From Felis catus (lineage: Eukaryota), in contig NC_058368.1 of the NCBI RefSeq assembly GCF_018350175.1, positions 215,452,001 through 215,516,000 of the forward strand: 64,000 bases of DNA. Reading direction: 5' to 3'. A program made the position numbers and the translations under genes. The first letter of the stretch is position 1. Every line of letters begins with the position of its first letter. Below the pieces are notes generated by a model that saw only the letters and a program-made list of their open reading frames with translations, was not told where the DNA came from and made no database searches. Below are positions 13,580 through 25,584 of this stretch, one piece after another.

Positions 13580-13776
13580 ACCTGTCGCTCTTCACTTTCC
13601 TGTCTACTCCCTGGGCCTTTTATACTCTCTCATCATCTCCAACTCTTGGACCTCATTCCCCTCTTCCTCCTTATTTAAAAAATCTTAATCAGGACTTAAA
13701 CCAAAATACTAATGAGGTAAAGAAATATGGAGTGTTTTTTTTTAAGCAGGCACCACTTAAAAAATTCATGTCCCTC

Positions 13777-13972
13777 AGGCACCTGGGTGGCTCAGTCGGT
13801 TAAGCAACTGACCTCGGATCACGTCATGATCTCATGGTTCTCGTGAGTGAGTTCGACCTCCACATGGGGCTCTCTGCTTTCAGCACACAGCCTTTGTCGG
13901 ATCCTACCCCTCTCCTGCTCATGCTGAGATCAAGTGTCAGATGCTTAACTGACTGGGCCACCTAGGAGCCCC
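13777..13972. mobile_element. Two fused, oppositely oriented Can-SINE 5' parts
   Basis: A tail-less + strand SINE (13777-13925) is joined to the head of a - strand SINE (13926-13972). Confidence 0.85.
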
Positions 13973-14822
13973 GAAGATTTTGGAGTATTTTTAAATCTCT
14001 AATATATTAATGTCTCTTTGGTCCTCCTTGTCCTTTGTCTTCTTCCTCTCCCTTGAATATTTTAATTTATACTATAATGCTTACATTCCATTTTTTCTTT
14101 AATTCATTAAAATTCAGACTTTTTAATTTCAGAAAGAGATTTAGGGATGCAGGCCTACTTAGGTGATCTAGACTTGTAAATGGTTTTTGAAAAGAATGTT
14201 CTATCTCTGTGTATTTGTAGGCAAGCTCTTAACTGTGTTCTTCAGATATCCTTTATAGCTTCTTTCTTTTTTGTCAGATGTTTCAAAGTGAGGAATTTTA
14301 AAATTTATAACTTTGCAGATTTTTCATATATCTATTATTCCAATTTTTCCTTTATGTATTTCAACATAAGGTATATTTGGTGCATAAACATCTGTGATTG
14401 CTTAATCTTCATGGAGAATTATTCAGTTAATCATTAGCTAAATGTCAATTATTTTTATCTCAATTCTATTTTGCTGCAGTTGATAGTGATATACAAACTT
14501 GAAGGATGGTAATATTTGCCAGATTTGTTTAAAGTTACTACTTATTTAGCTAAGCAATGTACTTACCAAGTTCTTTATTGTTTCAGAATTCTGCATTTCT
14601 GTGTCATTTCCTCTTTTCTTTAAAGCCATTTTTTTCTTTGCCTTTGGGGAAATGTTTGGGTTTTTATTTATTATGTTAACTTTAGAAAAGTCAAAATTTT
14701 CAAGTATGTGGAGATCATTATGATTTCAATACTGGATTTGGGCACAGCATATCTACTTACATAAAGAATGTTATATCTAGAATTATAAGTGATTGACAAG
14801 GACTTTCGCTTTTAAAAAATTT

Positions 14823-14973
14823 GGGGGGGGGCACCTGGGTGGTTCAGTTGGTTAAGTGTCTGACTTTTGATTTTGGCTCAGGTCATGATCTTACAGTTTG
14901 TGAGTTCCAGCCCTGCATTGGGCTCTGGGTGACAGCACTCTCTCTCCCTTCCTCTCAAAATAAATAAATAAAC
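14823..14973 (+). mobile_element. Can-SINE (internally deleted)
   Basis: SINE head, short CT tract, AATAAATAAA. Confidence 0.9.
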
Positions 14974-14990
14974 TTAATTTTTTTTTAATT

Positions 14991-15200
14991 TTTTTCAACG
15001 TTTATTTATTTTTGGGACAGAGAGAGACAGAGCATGAACGGGGGAGGGACAGAGAGAGAGGGAGACACACAGAATCGGAAACTGGCTCAAGGCTCTGAGC
15101 CATCAGCCCAGAGCCTGACACGGGGCTCGAACTCACGGACCGCGAGATCGTGACCTGGCTGAAGTCGGATGCTTAACCGACTGCGCCACCCAGGCGCCCC
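14991..15200 (-). mobile_element. Young feline Can-SINE (SINEC_Fc-like)
   Basis: Near-identical to the 7638 copy; TSD TTAATTTTTTTTTAATT at 14974-14990 and 15201-15217. Confidence 0.96.
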
Positions 15201-15204
15201 TTAA

Positions 15205-16080
15205 TTTTTTTTTAATTGTGGTAAAATGCACACACAAAATTGATCACTTTAGCTATTTTTAAGTGTATGTTTTAGTGATATTACCTAGATTTACCTGACT
15301 GTGCAAACATTACTACCATCCATCTCCAGAACTCTTTTCATTTTGCAAAAACGAAACTCTGCATACATTAATAATAATTGTCCATTCTCCTCTAATCCTA
15401 GCCCCTGACAACTACTGCTCAACTTTCTGATTCTGCCAATCACATAACTGGAACAATGCAGCATTTGTCTTTATGTAAATCGTTTATTTCACATAGCTTA
15501 ATGTCCTCAAGATTCATTCATGCTGTAGGTGTGTGCCAGAATTTTCTTTCCTCTTATTGCTGAATAATACTCCATTGTATTTATGTACCACATTTTCTTT
15601 AATCACATCTCTCAATGGATACTTGGCTTGCTTCTACACTTTGGATTTTGGAAATAATGTCGCTATGCACAAAGGTGTAAAAATATCTCTTTGCTACCCT
15701 GCTTTCAATTTTGGGGGGTGCATACTCAGAAGTGTAATTGCTGGATCATATGCCAATTCTACTTTTAATTTTCTGAGGAACCACCAAACTGACTTGCATA
15801 GCAGCTGCACTATTTTACATTCCCACCGTGTACAGGTGCCAGTTTCTCCACATCCTCACCAATACTTGTTAGGTTCTGTTTTGATTTGTCTTATAGTAGC
15901 TCTCCTAATGGGTGGGGGTGGTATCTCATTATGGATTTATTTTTATTCCCTAATGGTTTACGATGTTGAGCATCTTATGTGTTTTTTCCATTTGTATAGC
16001 TTCTTAGAAATCTATTCGAGTGTTTTGCCAATTTTAACCCAAGTTGTTTGTAGACTCTTTGTCATTTAGTTATGGGAAGA
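15205..16080 (-). mobile_element. L1MA/L1MB-type 3' end and ORF2 C-terminus
   Basis: Antisense L1 3'UTR (TTAATTGTGGTAAAAT...CCATCCATCTCCAGAACTCTTTTCAT) followed by ORF2 end motifs. Confidence 0.85.
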
Positions 16081-16584
16081 TATTTTTGGTTTTTATTTAA
16101 AAAGATCCCTGTAAAGTACAGAAGATATAGATAGATGATAGATGGATAGGTACATACATACATGCATGCATACATACATACATACATAGTTTGGATTGTG
16201 TTTAAATATGGTGGTAAAATATGAAAAAAAATATACATTTAAAATGTATAAAATGTATAAAGCTATGTGATTGTAATCCTCTAGAATACTGAATTTCCCA
16301 AATAAAATATCAAATGGTATCCAAGGAGATACACCAAAAATATTTTCTTCAGTCATTGACTTACTTTCATTTTTGGTAAAGAAATATTGAATGTATTCTG
16401 TGACATATATGTATTTTTGTTTTGTTAAAAATCAGATACCACTAAAAATATTATACTCATTTTATCTTTATTTCCTTCAGGTGTATTGGGTAGGTAAATG
16501 CTACAAACGTATTCAAGTATAATGATCCAATGGAAAAAAAATTGAATGCTGAGGAAATATTTCTAATATAAGGTAAAAAAAAAT

Positions 16585-16620
16585 TAGAGATAGCCAGTGC
16601 AAGTGGGTGAGGGGCAGATT

Positions 16621-16657
<37 letters not shown>

Positions 16658-16765
16658 ATATCAGCGCAGAACCTGACATGAGGTTTGATCCCAGGACACT
16701 GTGATCATGACCTGAGCCAAAATCAAGAGTTGGATATTCAACTGACTGAGCCACACATGCGCTCA
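16585..16765 (-). mobile_element. Can-SINE
   Basis: Reverse-complement SINE body with (GA)n. Confidence 0.88.
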
Positions 16766-17006
16766 TAAAGTTAAATTTTAAAAATATTTGTAGAATATTA
16801 AATTACTAATAAACCAAAGTATAAAATCAATTTAAAAAATTAATCTATTTTACAATAGGAAGCTTTGGTTTGTCCCCAAGAGATTAAAATTTAACTGACT
16901 TCGATCATTCCCTAAATTTTAGAATTAAAAAACGTATATTTACATACTTGACAGAAAATATATTTCAGCTGCATTGAGATTAATACAAGAGCTTAGAATA
17001 GTGAAA

Positions 17007-17210
17007 GGGGTGCCTGGGTGGCTCAATAGGTTAAGCGACCGACTTGTTTTTGGCTCAAGTCATGACCTCAAGGTCTGTGGGTTTGAGCCCTGCATTGGGC
17101 TCCGTGCTGACAGCTCAGATTCTGTGTCTACCTCTCTCTCTGCCCACACCCCCCCAACTCATGCTGTATCCTTCTGAAAAATGAATAAACATTAGACAAA
17201 TTAAAAAAAA
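17007..17210 (+). mobile_element. Can-SINE
   Basis: GGGGTGCCTGGGTGGCTC head, A tail. Confidence 0.92.
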
Positions 17211-17389
17211 GAATAATTAGTGAAAAAAGGCAACTATCAGATGTCTCTCATTGTTACCATCACCCCCCTGTGAGCCACATCAAAAATTACATTTAATTTG
17301 AGGCCACATTTTCTAGCTGACTTCTGTAATGGAGCAAATTTGATATTTATGACTATACAGGTATTATCTACAACATGGAAACTTGAATG

Positions 17390-17620
17390 GTCCAGTAGTT
17401 AAGGATATAGGCTTTCAGTCAAACGTGTCTGTTTAAATTTCTGCTTTGCCCTTTAGTCTCCATGTAAACTGAAGCAGATTGTTTAAGTATGTATACATAT
17501 ATACTTGTGTTGTTTTTTCCATGTACGATATGGGGTCCATGATGATAATAAATGGTCATCTTTTGCAGAACTGTGAATATTAGAAGAGTTAGCTAGCATA
17601 CATTAAGTCCTATGTACCCT
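17390..17620 (+). mobile_element. MIR fragment
   Basis: Degenerate MIR core-like sequence (GTAGTTAAGG..GGCTTT..AGTCAAAC..). Confidence 0.45.
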
Positions 17621-17750
17621 AAAAAGTTTACAGTATGACAACAGATGTGGAGGAGAAAATTGATTAGATAAGCAAGGTTTGGGGTGAGAGTAAGTCTAAA
17701 GCCCAGATCTACTGCTTGCTAATTTCACTATAAATTTGTGTGTTTATATT

Positions 17751-17996
17751 TATTTTATTTATTATTTTTTAAAGACATGGGTTCTTTAAATTTTTTTTTA
17801 AATTTATTTTGGAGAGAGAGAGAAACAGAGTGTGAGTGGGGTGGAGCAGAGAGAAGTGGAGAAACAGAATCCAAAGCAGGCTCCAGGCTCTGAGCTGACA
17901 GCACAGAGCCTGATGCGCGGCTTGAATTCACGAACTGTGAGATCATGCCCTGAGCCGAAGTTGGATGCTTAACCTACTGAGCCACCCTAGCGCCCC
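17751..17996 (-). mobile_element. Can-SINE with 3' extension
   Basis: SINE, A tract, 17 unique nt, then a second A-rich tail; TSD ATAAAYTTGTGTRTTTATATT at 17730-17750 and 17997-18017. Confidence 0.92.
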
Positions 17997-18178
17997 ATAA
18001 ACTTGTGTATTTATATTTTAAATGGGGATATTATTTGTTTCATTTCCAAGGGTTCCTATGTGGTTTTAATAGTTTAATTCATTTAAAGGGCTCCATACAG
18101 TGACTAATAAAGAAATAAATTTAATATCAACTATTGTTTTAATAAATGATAACCATCAAAATAGCTTTTTTTGCTTTT

Positions 18179-18348
18179 GGGGCGCCTGGATGGTTCAGTT
18201 GGTTGAGTGTCCGACTTCGACCCAGGTCATGATCTCATAGTTCATGGGTTTGAGCCTCATGTCAGCTCTTCACTGGCAGCTCAGAATCTCTTTTGGATTC
18301 TCTGTCTCCCACTCTCTCTGTGCCTCTTCTGCTCATGTTCATGTGCTG

Positions 18349-18393
<45 letters not shown>

Positions 18394-18402
18394 TAAACAT
18401 TA
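18179..18402 (+). mobile_element. Can-SINE
   Basis: GGGGCGCCTGG head, long (CT)n, AATAAA. Confidence 0.92.
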
Positions 18403-18480
18403 AGAATAGTGTTCTTGCTTTAAATAATAATGTACACATTATTTGTTTTATTTATTTTTTAAGTTATTCTTACTTCTTAC

Positions 18481-18611
18481 CTCTGAATTTGTTTTTGCAA
18501 TACCTTCTTTCTGTACACCTGCACTTTGCTCTTGCTACAAATTCAATTCATGTCTCCCAGGGTCAGTGGCTCTGACTCTTGTGTAAATATATGGGTGGTT
18601 GAAAGATGATT
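18481..18611 (-). other. Candidate non-coding exon (131 nt)
   Basis: Acceptor TTTGTTCCTTCAG| and donor GAG|GTAAGA on the minus strand; stops in all three frames. Confidence 0.25.
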
Positions 18612-19987
18612 CTGAAGGAACAAACATATACATTTGAGTATATGACAGAATACTTGTGTGAGTGTGTATACATACTTTCAGCATACAGATTATGGAAATA
18701 TTCACCTAGTTATATCTGAGTTCTACTGAGCCATCTCACAGTAAAATCATGATATGACACTCTATTCAGCCTATGACTTGGAATTATTATGCATCCATTT
18801 GTACACCAGTATGATAAAGCAGCCTTATAGTATGTCAGTTTGATAGATTTTGTACATTACTAAAATTGTTGCTTATTTTATATTCCCTATTTTTTCCATT
18901 TTTTATTGTTTTAAAACATTTACAAATATTTAGAAGAGATTTATACGCAAAGCAACATCTTTGCAAACATCATTCAAGTCTTCTAGTATAATTTGCTCCC
19001 AGCTCTAAACACATCTGTCATTTAACACAATGTTGCTTTATGTTATTCATGAAGAAAAAGAAAAATATCACATAAAATAAGATATATTTTTATAATAATA
19101 AATCATGAAAACATAGTTTTATTTAACCAACTAAATAAACATTTATTGGTATTGTAAATAAGTTTAGAAAGATAAATGCCTTTTTTAATGAAGTACTTTC
19201 TCTGTTGTGTTATGAAACTAAATACTGCATGAACATGTCAGAACCCGTCAAATTTTGTACAAAGTGTTTTTTTATTGGGTAAATCCTAGAAGGAAAAAAA
19301 TGAAATCACTATGCTTCCTATTTAGTCTTAACAATACAAAAAAATTACAAAATTTGCCTACATTACTTACATCGTTCTTCAAAGACATTTTATGAGTCTT
19401 GTTAAACAAGAAATATGGAATTTAGTTTTTAGTTTTAGATAGTGAAGTGGGAAACTATTTATTGATTGATTGTTCTGCAAATGATTCCTTTATATATTTT
19501 TGTAAGTTTTTAAATTCTAGTTACTTAACATATAGTGTAATATTGGATTCCGGAATGGAATTTATTGATTCATAACTTAAATACAACACCCAGTGCTCAT
19601 CCCAACAAGTGCCCTCCTTAATACCCATCACCTATTTAGCCCATTCCCCACCACCTCTCCTTCAGTAAGTAATCCTCTCTTCTCTATAGTTAAGAGTTTC
19701 TTATAGTTTGCTTCTCTCTTTTTTTTTTCCCTTCCCTTATTTCCATCTGTTTTGTTTCTTAAATTCCACATATGAGTAAAATTATATGGTATTTGTCTTT
19801 CTCTGTCATATTTCAACTAGCATAATATACTCTAGCTCCATCCACATCATTTCAAATGACAAGATTTCATTCTTTTTGATGGCTAATATTCGATTGTATA
19901 TGTAATATATGTATTTGTATACATAATATATATATATTTGTATATATATAATATATATATGTATTCCATTGTACTATATATATATAC

Positions 19988-20037
<50 letters not shown>

Positions 20038-20055
20038 CACATCTTTATCCATTCA

Positions 20056-20727
20056 TCAGTCACATGTGCCCTTTATATCAGTATTTTTGTATCCTTTGAG
20101 TAAATACTTGGTAGTAAAATTGCTGAATTGTAAGGTAGTTCTTTTTTTAACTTTTTGGGGGAACTTCCATACTATTTTCCAAGGTGGCTGCACCAGTTTG
20201 CTTTCTGACCAGTAGTGCAAGAGGGTTCCCCTTTCTCTGCATCCTTGCCAACATCTGTTGTTTCCTGTGCTGTTAATTTCAGCCATTCTGACAGGTGTAA
20301 GGTGGTATCTCGTGGTTTTGATTTGTATTTCCCTGATGATGAGTGATGTTGAGCATCTTTTCATGTGTCTGTTAGCCATCTGGATGTCATCATCGGAAAA
20401 GTGTCTATTCATGTCTTCTGCCCATTTCTTAACTGGGTTGATTTTAGGTGTTGAGTTTGATAAGTTCTTTATAGATTTTTGGATACTAATATTTTATCAG
20501 ATATGTCATTTGCAAATATCTTCCCCCATTCCATTGGTTGCCTTTAGTTTTGCTGATTGTTTCCTTCCCTTTGCAGAAGCTTTTTATTTTGATAAAGTTA
20601 CAAGAGTTGCCTCTGGAAACATGTCTAGTAAGAAGTTACTGCAGCCAATTTCAAAGAGATCCTGTCTCCTGTAGGACTTCAATGGTTTCCTGTCTCACAT
20701 TTAGTTCTTTCATCCATTTTGAATTTA

Positions 20728-20759
<32 letters not shown>

Positions 20760-23700
20760 GTGTGTTGTAAGAAAGTGGTCCAGTTTCATTCCTCTGCATG
20801 TTGCTGTTCAGTTTTCTCAACACCACTTGTTGAAGAAATTTTTTCCATTGGATATTCTCTCCTGCTTTGTTGAGATTAGTTGACCATATAGTTGTGGGTC
20901 CATTTCTGAGTTTTCTATCCTGTTTCATTGATCTATGTGTCTATTTTTATGCCAGTATCATACTGTCTTAATCACTACAGCTTTGTATTATAACTTGAGG
21001 TCCAGAGTTGTGATGCCTCCAGCTTTGCTTTTCTTTTTTCAAGGTTGGCTTGCTATTCAGAGTCTTATGCGGTTCCATACAAATTTTAGGATTGTTCGTT
21101 CTAGCTCTGTGAAAAATGCTGGAGATATTTTTATAGGGATTGCATTAAATGTGTAGATTGCTTTGGGTAGTATAGACATATTAACAATATTCTTCTGATC
21201 CATGAGCATGGAATGTCTTTCCATTTTTTGTGTGTCCTCTTCCATTTGTTTTATCAATGTTCATAGTTTTCAGAATATAAATCTTTCACCTCTTTGGTTA
21301 GATTTTTTTCTAGGTATCTTATGGTTTTTCGTTCAGTGGAAATGGGATTAATTTCCTAATTTATCTTTCTGTTGCTTCATTATTGGGGTGTAGAAATGCA
21401 ACAGATTTCTGTATGTTAATTTTATATCCTGGGACTTTACTGAATTTGTGTATCAGTTCTAGCAATTTCTTGGTTCTTTTTCAGGTTTTGTATGTAGAGT
21501 ATCATGTCATCTGAAAATTGTGAAGGTTTTACTTTTTCCTTGCTGATTGGTTTGTACGCCTTTTATTTCTTTGTTTTGTGTGATTGCTGAGGCTAGGATT
21601 TCCAGTACTTATGTAACCCATAACAATGGTGAAAGTGGACATCCCTGTCTTATTCCTGACCATAGAAGAAAAGCTCTGCATTTTTCCCCTTTGAGAATGA
21701 TATTAGCTGTGGGTTTTTTATATAATGCATTTATTAAATTGAGATATGTTCCCTATAAACCTACTTTGTTGAGATTTTTTTTTTTATGAGTGTATGGTCT
21801 ACTGTGTCAAATGCTTTTTCTACATCTATTGAAAGAATCATATGGTTCTTATCCTTTATTTTATTAATATGGTGTATCAGGTTGATTTAACTACCCTTGT
21901 GGGGCAACTGGGTGGCTCAGTCCATTGAGCATCCGACTTTGGCTCAGGTCATGATCTCATGGTTCGTGGGTTTGAGCCCCGCATTGGGTTCTGTGCTGAC
22001 AGCTCAGAGCCTGGATCCTGTTTAAGATTCTGTGTCTTCCTCTTTCTCTTCTCCTCCCCAGCTGGTGCTCTGTCTCTCTCTCTCTCTCTCTGTGTCTCTC
22101 AAAAATAAATAAACATTAAAAGAAATTTTTAAATAATAATTAATGATAATAATAAAAACTACCCTTTCAGCCCAGGAATAAATCCCACTTGATCATGGTG
22201 AATGATTCTTTAATGTATTGCTGCATTCAGTTTGCTACAATTTTAGTGAGAATTTTTACATCCATTTGCATCAGGGATATTGACCTGTAGTTTTCTTTTT
22301 TAGTGAATTCTCTATCTGGTTTTGGTATCAGGGTAATGCTGGCCTCATAGAGTGAACGTGGAAGTTTTTCTTCCTTGTCTATGTTAGGAATAGTTTGGAA
22401 ATAATATTTTTAACTATTCTTTAAGTGTTTGGTAGAAATCTCCTGTGAAACCATCTGACCCTGGACTTTTGTTTGTTGGGAATTTTTGATTACTGATTCA
22501 ATTTTTTTTTGCTGGTTATCAATATGTTAAAGTTTTCTGTTTTTTCCAGTTTCAGTTTTGGTAGTTATATGTTTCTAGGAATTTCTCCATTTCTTATTGT
22601 TGTCTAATTTGTTGACATAGGGTTTTTCATAATATTCTCTTCTAATTGTTTTTATATCTATTGTGTTGGTTGTTATTTCTCCTCTCTCATTTGTGATTTT
22701 ATTTAATTGAGTCTTTTCTCTTTTTGATAAGTCTGGTCAGGGGTTTATCAATTTTTATTATTATTTTCAAAGAACTGGATCTTGGTTTCATTGATCCATT
22801 GTATTGTTTTGTTGTTGTTGTTGTTTGTTGTTCCTATATCATTTATTTGTTCTTTAATCTCTATTATCTTTATTTCTGATGGCATTAGATTTCATTTGTT
22901 TTCCTTTTTTTAGCTCCTTAAGGTGTAAGGTTAAGTTGTGTATTTGAGATTTTTCTTCCTTCTTGAAGTAGGTTTGTATTGCTATATACTTTCCTCTTAG
23001 GATTGCTTTTGTTATATCTCCAAGGTTTTGGACCTTTGTGTTTTCATTTCCATTTGTTTCCATGTATTTCTTTTATTTCATCTTTGATTTCCTGGTTGAC
23101 CCAGTCATTGTTTAGTATCATGTTGTTTAACCTCCATGAATTTGTGGTCTTTCTAAATTTTTTCTTGTAGTTAACTCCAAGTTTCATAGTGTTGTGGTTA
23201 GAAAATATGTGTGGTATGATCTCAATATTTTTGTACTTGTTGAAGATTGATTTGTGACCTACCACATAATCTGTTGTGGAGAATGTCCCATGTACACTTG
23301 AAAAGTATTTGTATTCTGATGTTCTAGAATGGAATGTTCTAAAAATATCTGTTAAGTCCATCTAGTCCAGTGCGTCATTCAAAGCCATTGTTTCCTTGTT
23401 GATTTTCTGTTTAGATGATCTGTCTATTGATGTAGGTGGCATTTTAAAGTCCCCTGCTATTATTGTATTATTATCAATTGGCTCCTTATGTTTGTTATTA
23501 ATTTTTTTATATACTTGGGTACTTCTGCGTTGGGTAGATAAGTATTTACAGTTGTTAGATCCTCTTGCTGGATTGTCCTCTTTATTATGTTATGGCACCC
23601 TTCTTCATCTCTTATTACAGTCTTTGTTTTAAAGTCTGGTTTGTCCAATATAAGTATTGCTACTGTGGCTTTCTTTTGACGTCCATTTACATAATAAATG

Positions 23701-23880
23701 TTTCTCCACCCCCTCACTTTCAATCTGCAGGTGTCTTTAGATCTAAAATAAGTCTAATGTAAGCAGAGTATAGATAGATCTTATATTTTATCCATTATGA
23801 CACCCTAAGTCTTTTGATTGGAGCATTTAGTCCATTTGCCTTCAGAGTAAGTGTAAACAGATATGAATTTAGTGCTGTTT
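20056..23880 (-). pseudogene. Disrupted L1 ORF2p (endonuclease/reverse transcriptase)
   Basis: NGLNAPIKR start; EN fragments (ORFs 23460-23723 and 23044-23361); [16 protein letters not shown]-terminal [25 protein letters not shown]. Confidence 0.9.
21901..22156 (+). mobile_element. Can-SINE inserted in L1 ORF2
   Basis: TSD AACTACCCTT at 21889-21898 and 22157-22166. Confidence 0.94.
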
Positions 23881-24713
23881 TGTTACTTGTTTTGTCATTG
23901 GTTTTGGAGATTTTCTCTGTTCCTTTCTTGTCTTTGTCACTTTTGGTCTTTCCACTTGAAGAGTCCCCTTTTATAATTCTTTGATAGCTGATTTAGTGGT
24001 CTTGAATTACTTCAGTTTTTGTTTGTCTGGAAAACTCTTTATCTCTCCTATTCTGAATGATAGCTTTTCTGGATAGGGGTTTCTTGGCTGTAGATTGTCT
24101 CCATTTATCACTTTGAACATATCATGCCACTCCCTTCTGGCCTTCCATGTTTCTGTTGAGAAATATGCAGCTAGCCTTATGGGTATTCCCTTAAAAATTA
24201 AGAACTTCTTTTGTCTTGTTTCTTTTAAGATTTTTTTCTTTATCACTATATTTTGCCAGTTTAATTACAGTATGTCTTGGGGTTGATCTGCTTTTATTGA
24301 TTTTAATGGGAGTTCTTGTGCCTCCTGAATCTGTGTGTTTGTTTCCTACCCAAGATTAGGGATTGTTTGAGCTATTATTTCATCAAATAAATTTTCTGCT
24401 TCCTTTTACATCTCTTCCTCTTCTGGAATTCCTATAATATGAATGTTAGTATGTTGGATGGAGTCACTGAGTCCCTAAGTCTATTCTTGTGTTCCATATT
24501 TCTTTCCTTTCTTTTGTTCAGTGTCATTATTTTCCATTATTTTATCTTCTATGTCACTTACTCATTCCTCTGCTTTTTCCAGCCTGCTATTCATTGCATT
24601 AAGTATGTTCCAATCTCAATCATTGTAGTTTTCATTTCTGACCGATGTTTATCTCTACGGCAAGGATCTCTGTGAAGTCTTCTCTCCTTTTTTCAAGACC
24701 AGCAAGTATTCTT

Positions 24714-24936
24714 TTTTATTTTTAATTTTTTTTAACGTTTATTTATTTTTGAGACAGAGAGAGACAGAGCATGAATGGGGGGGGGGCAGAAAGAGAGGGA
24801 GACACAGAATCGGAAACAGGCTCCAGGCTCTGAGCCATCAGCCCAGAGCCCGATGCGGGGCTCGAACTCACGGACCGCGAGATCGTGACCTGAGCTGAAG
24901 TCGGATGATTAACCGACTGCACCACCCAGGTGCCCC
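24714..24936 (-). mobile_element. Young feline Can-SINE inserted in L1 ORF1
   Basis: 17-bp TSD GACCAGCAAGTATTCTT at 24697-24713 and 24940-24956. Confidence 0.96.
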
Positions 24937-25068
24937 GTGGACCAGCAAGTATTCTTATGACTGCTGCTTTAAATTCTCCATCAGACATGTTACTTATATC
25001 TCTTTCATTTAGATTTCTGGCCATGACCTTATCTTGTTGTTTCATTTGGAGTGAATTTGTCTGTTTTG

Positions 25069-25283
25069 AAATTTTTTTTTAACGTTTATTTATTTTTGAG
25101 ACAGAGAGAGACAGAGCATGAACGGGGGAGGGGCAGAGAGAGAGGGAGACACAGAATCAGAAGCAGGCTCCAGGCTCTGAGCCATCAGCCTAGAGCCCCA
25201 CACGGGGCTTGAACTCACAGACTGCGAGATCGTGACCTGAGCTGAAGTCGGACGCTTAACCGACTGAGCCACCCAGGCGCCCC
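25069..25283 (-). mobile_element. Young feline Can-SINE inserted just after the L1 ORF1 start
   Basis: 17-bp TSD TGAATTTGTCTGTTTTG at 25052-25068 and 25284-25300. Confidence 0.96.
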
Positions 25284-25584
25284 TGAATTTGTCTGTTTTG
25301 GCATTTTGTCTAAATCTCTGCCTTCTTCAATGTGGCTTCTTCAAGCCCTTCAGTTGTGAAGTTTTTTCTGTCAGTCTTCAGGTTGATTTCTTGGGTATTT
25401 AAAATGATTTGATAGATATCTAGTTGTGTTCATGGAATAAGAGGAGCCTAGAGTCCTACTATTGTGCCATTCTCCTTCCCTCCACTACCAGTAGTACCTT
25501 GGACAAACTGCTTAACCACTTTGAACTTTGGTTTTCCTGGGTGTTTCTCAATTTTTTTTTCCATGGATCTGGCTTCATTCATTG

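Larger units (their letters stand above)
23890..25304 (-). pseudogene. Disrupted L1 ORF1p coding region
   Basis: Fragments KGIPIRLAAYFSTETWKARREWHDMFKV..LQPR..YPEKLSF match the L1 ORF1p C-terminal region; two SINE insertions. Confidence 0.85.
19495..25484 (-). mobile_element. Near-full-length, inactive carnivore L1 (5' end, shortened 5'UTR, ORF1, ORF2, 3'UTR) interrupted by three SINEs
   Basis: 5' start GGAGGGAAGGAGAATGGC...; ORF1 ATG at 25304 (MPKQTNS..ISNMSDGEFKAAVIRILAG); endonuclease motifs (DLTDIFRTFH, FSSVHGTFS, IFSNHN); RT and C-terminal [11 protein letters not shown] motifs; many stops and frameshifts. Confidence 0.95.

Noticed and set aside
15533..16069. Longest ORF in the track (178 aa) as a gene
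   Set aside because: It lies antisense within an L1 ORF2 end/3'UTR and has no gene features.
24743..25272. Repeated peptide AQSLEPASDSVSPSLSAPP as a protein family
   Set aside because: It is the translation of Can-SINE bodies.
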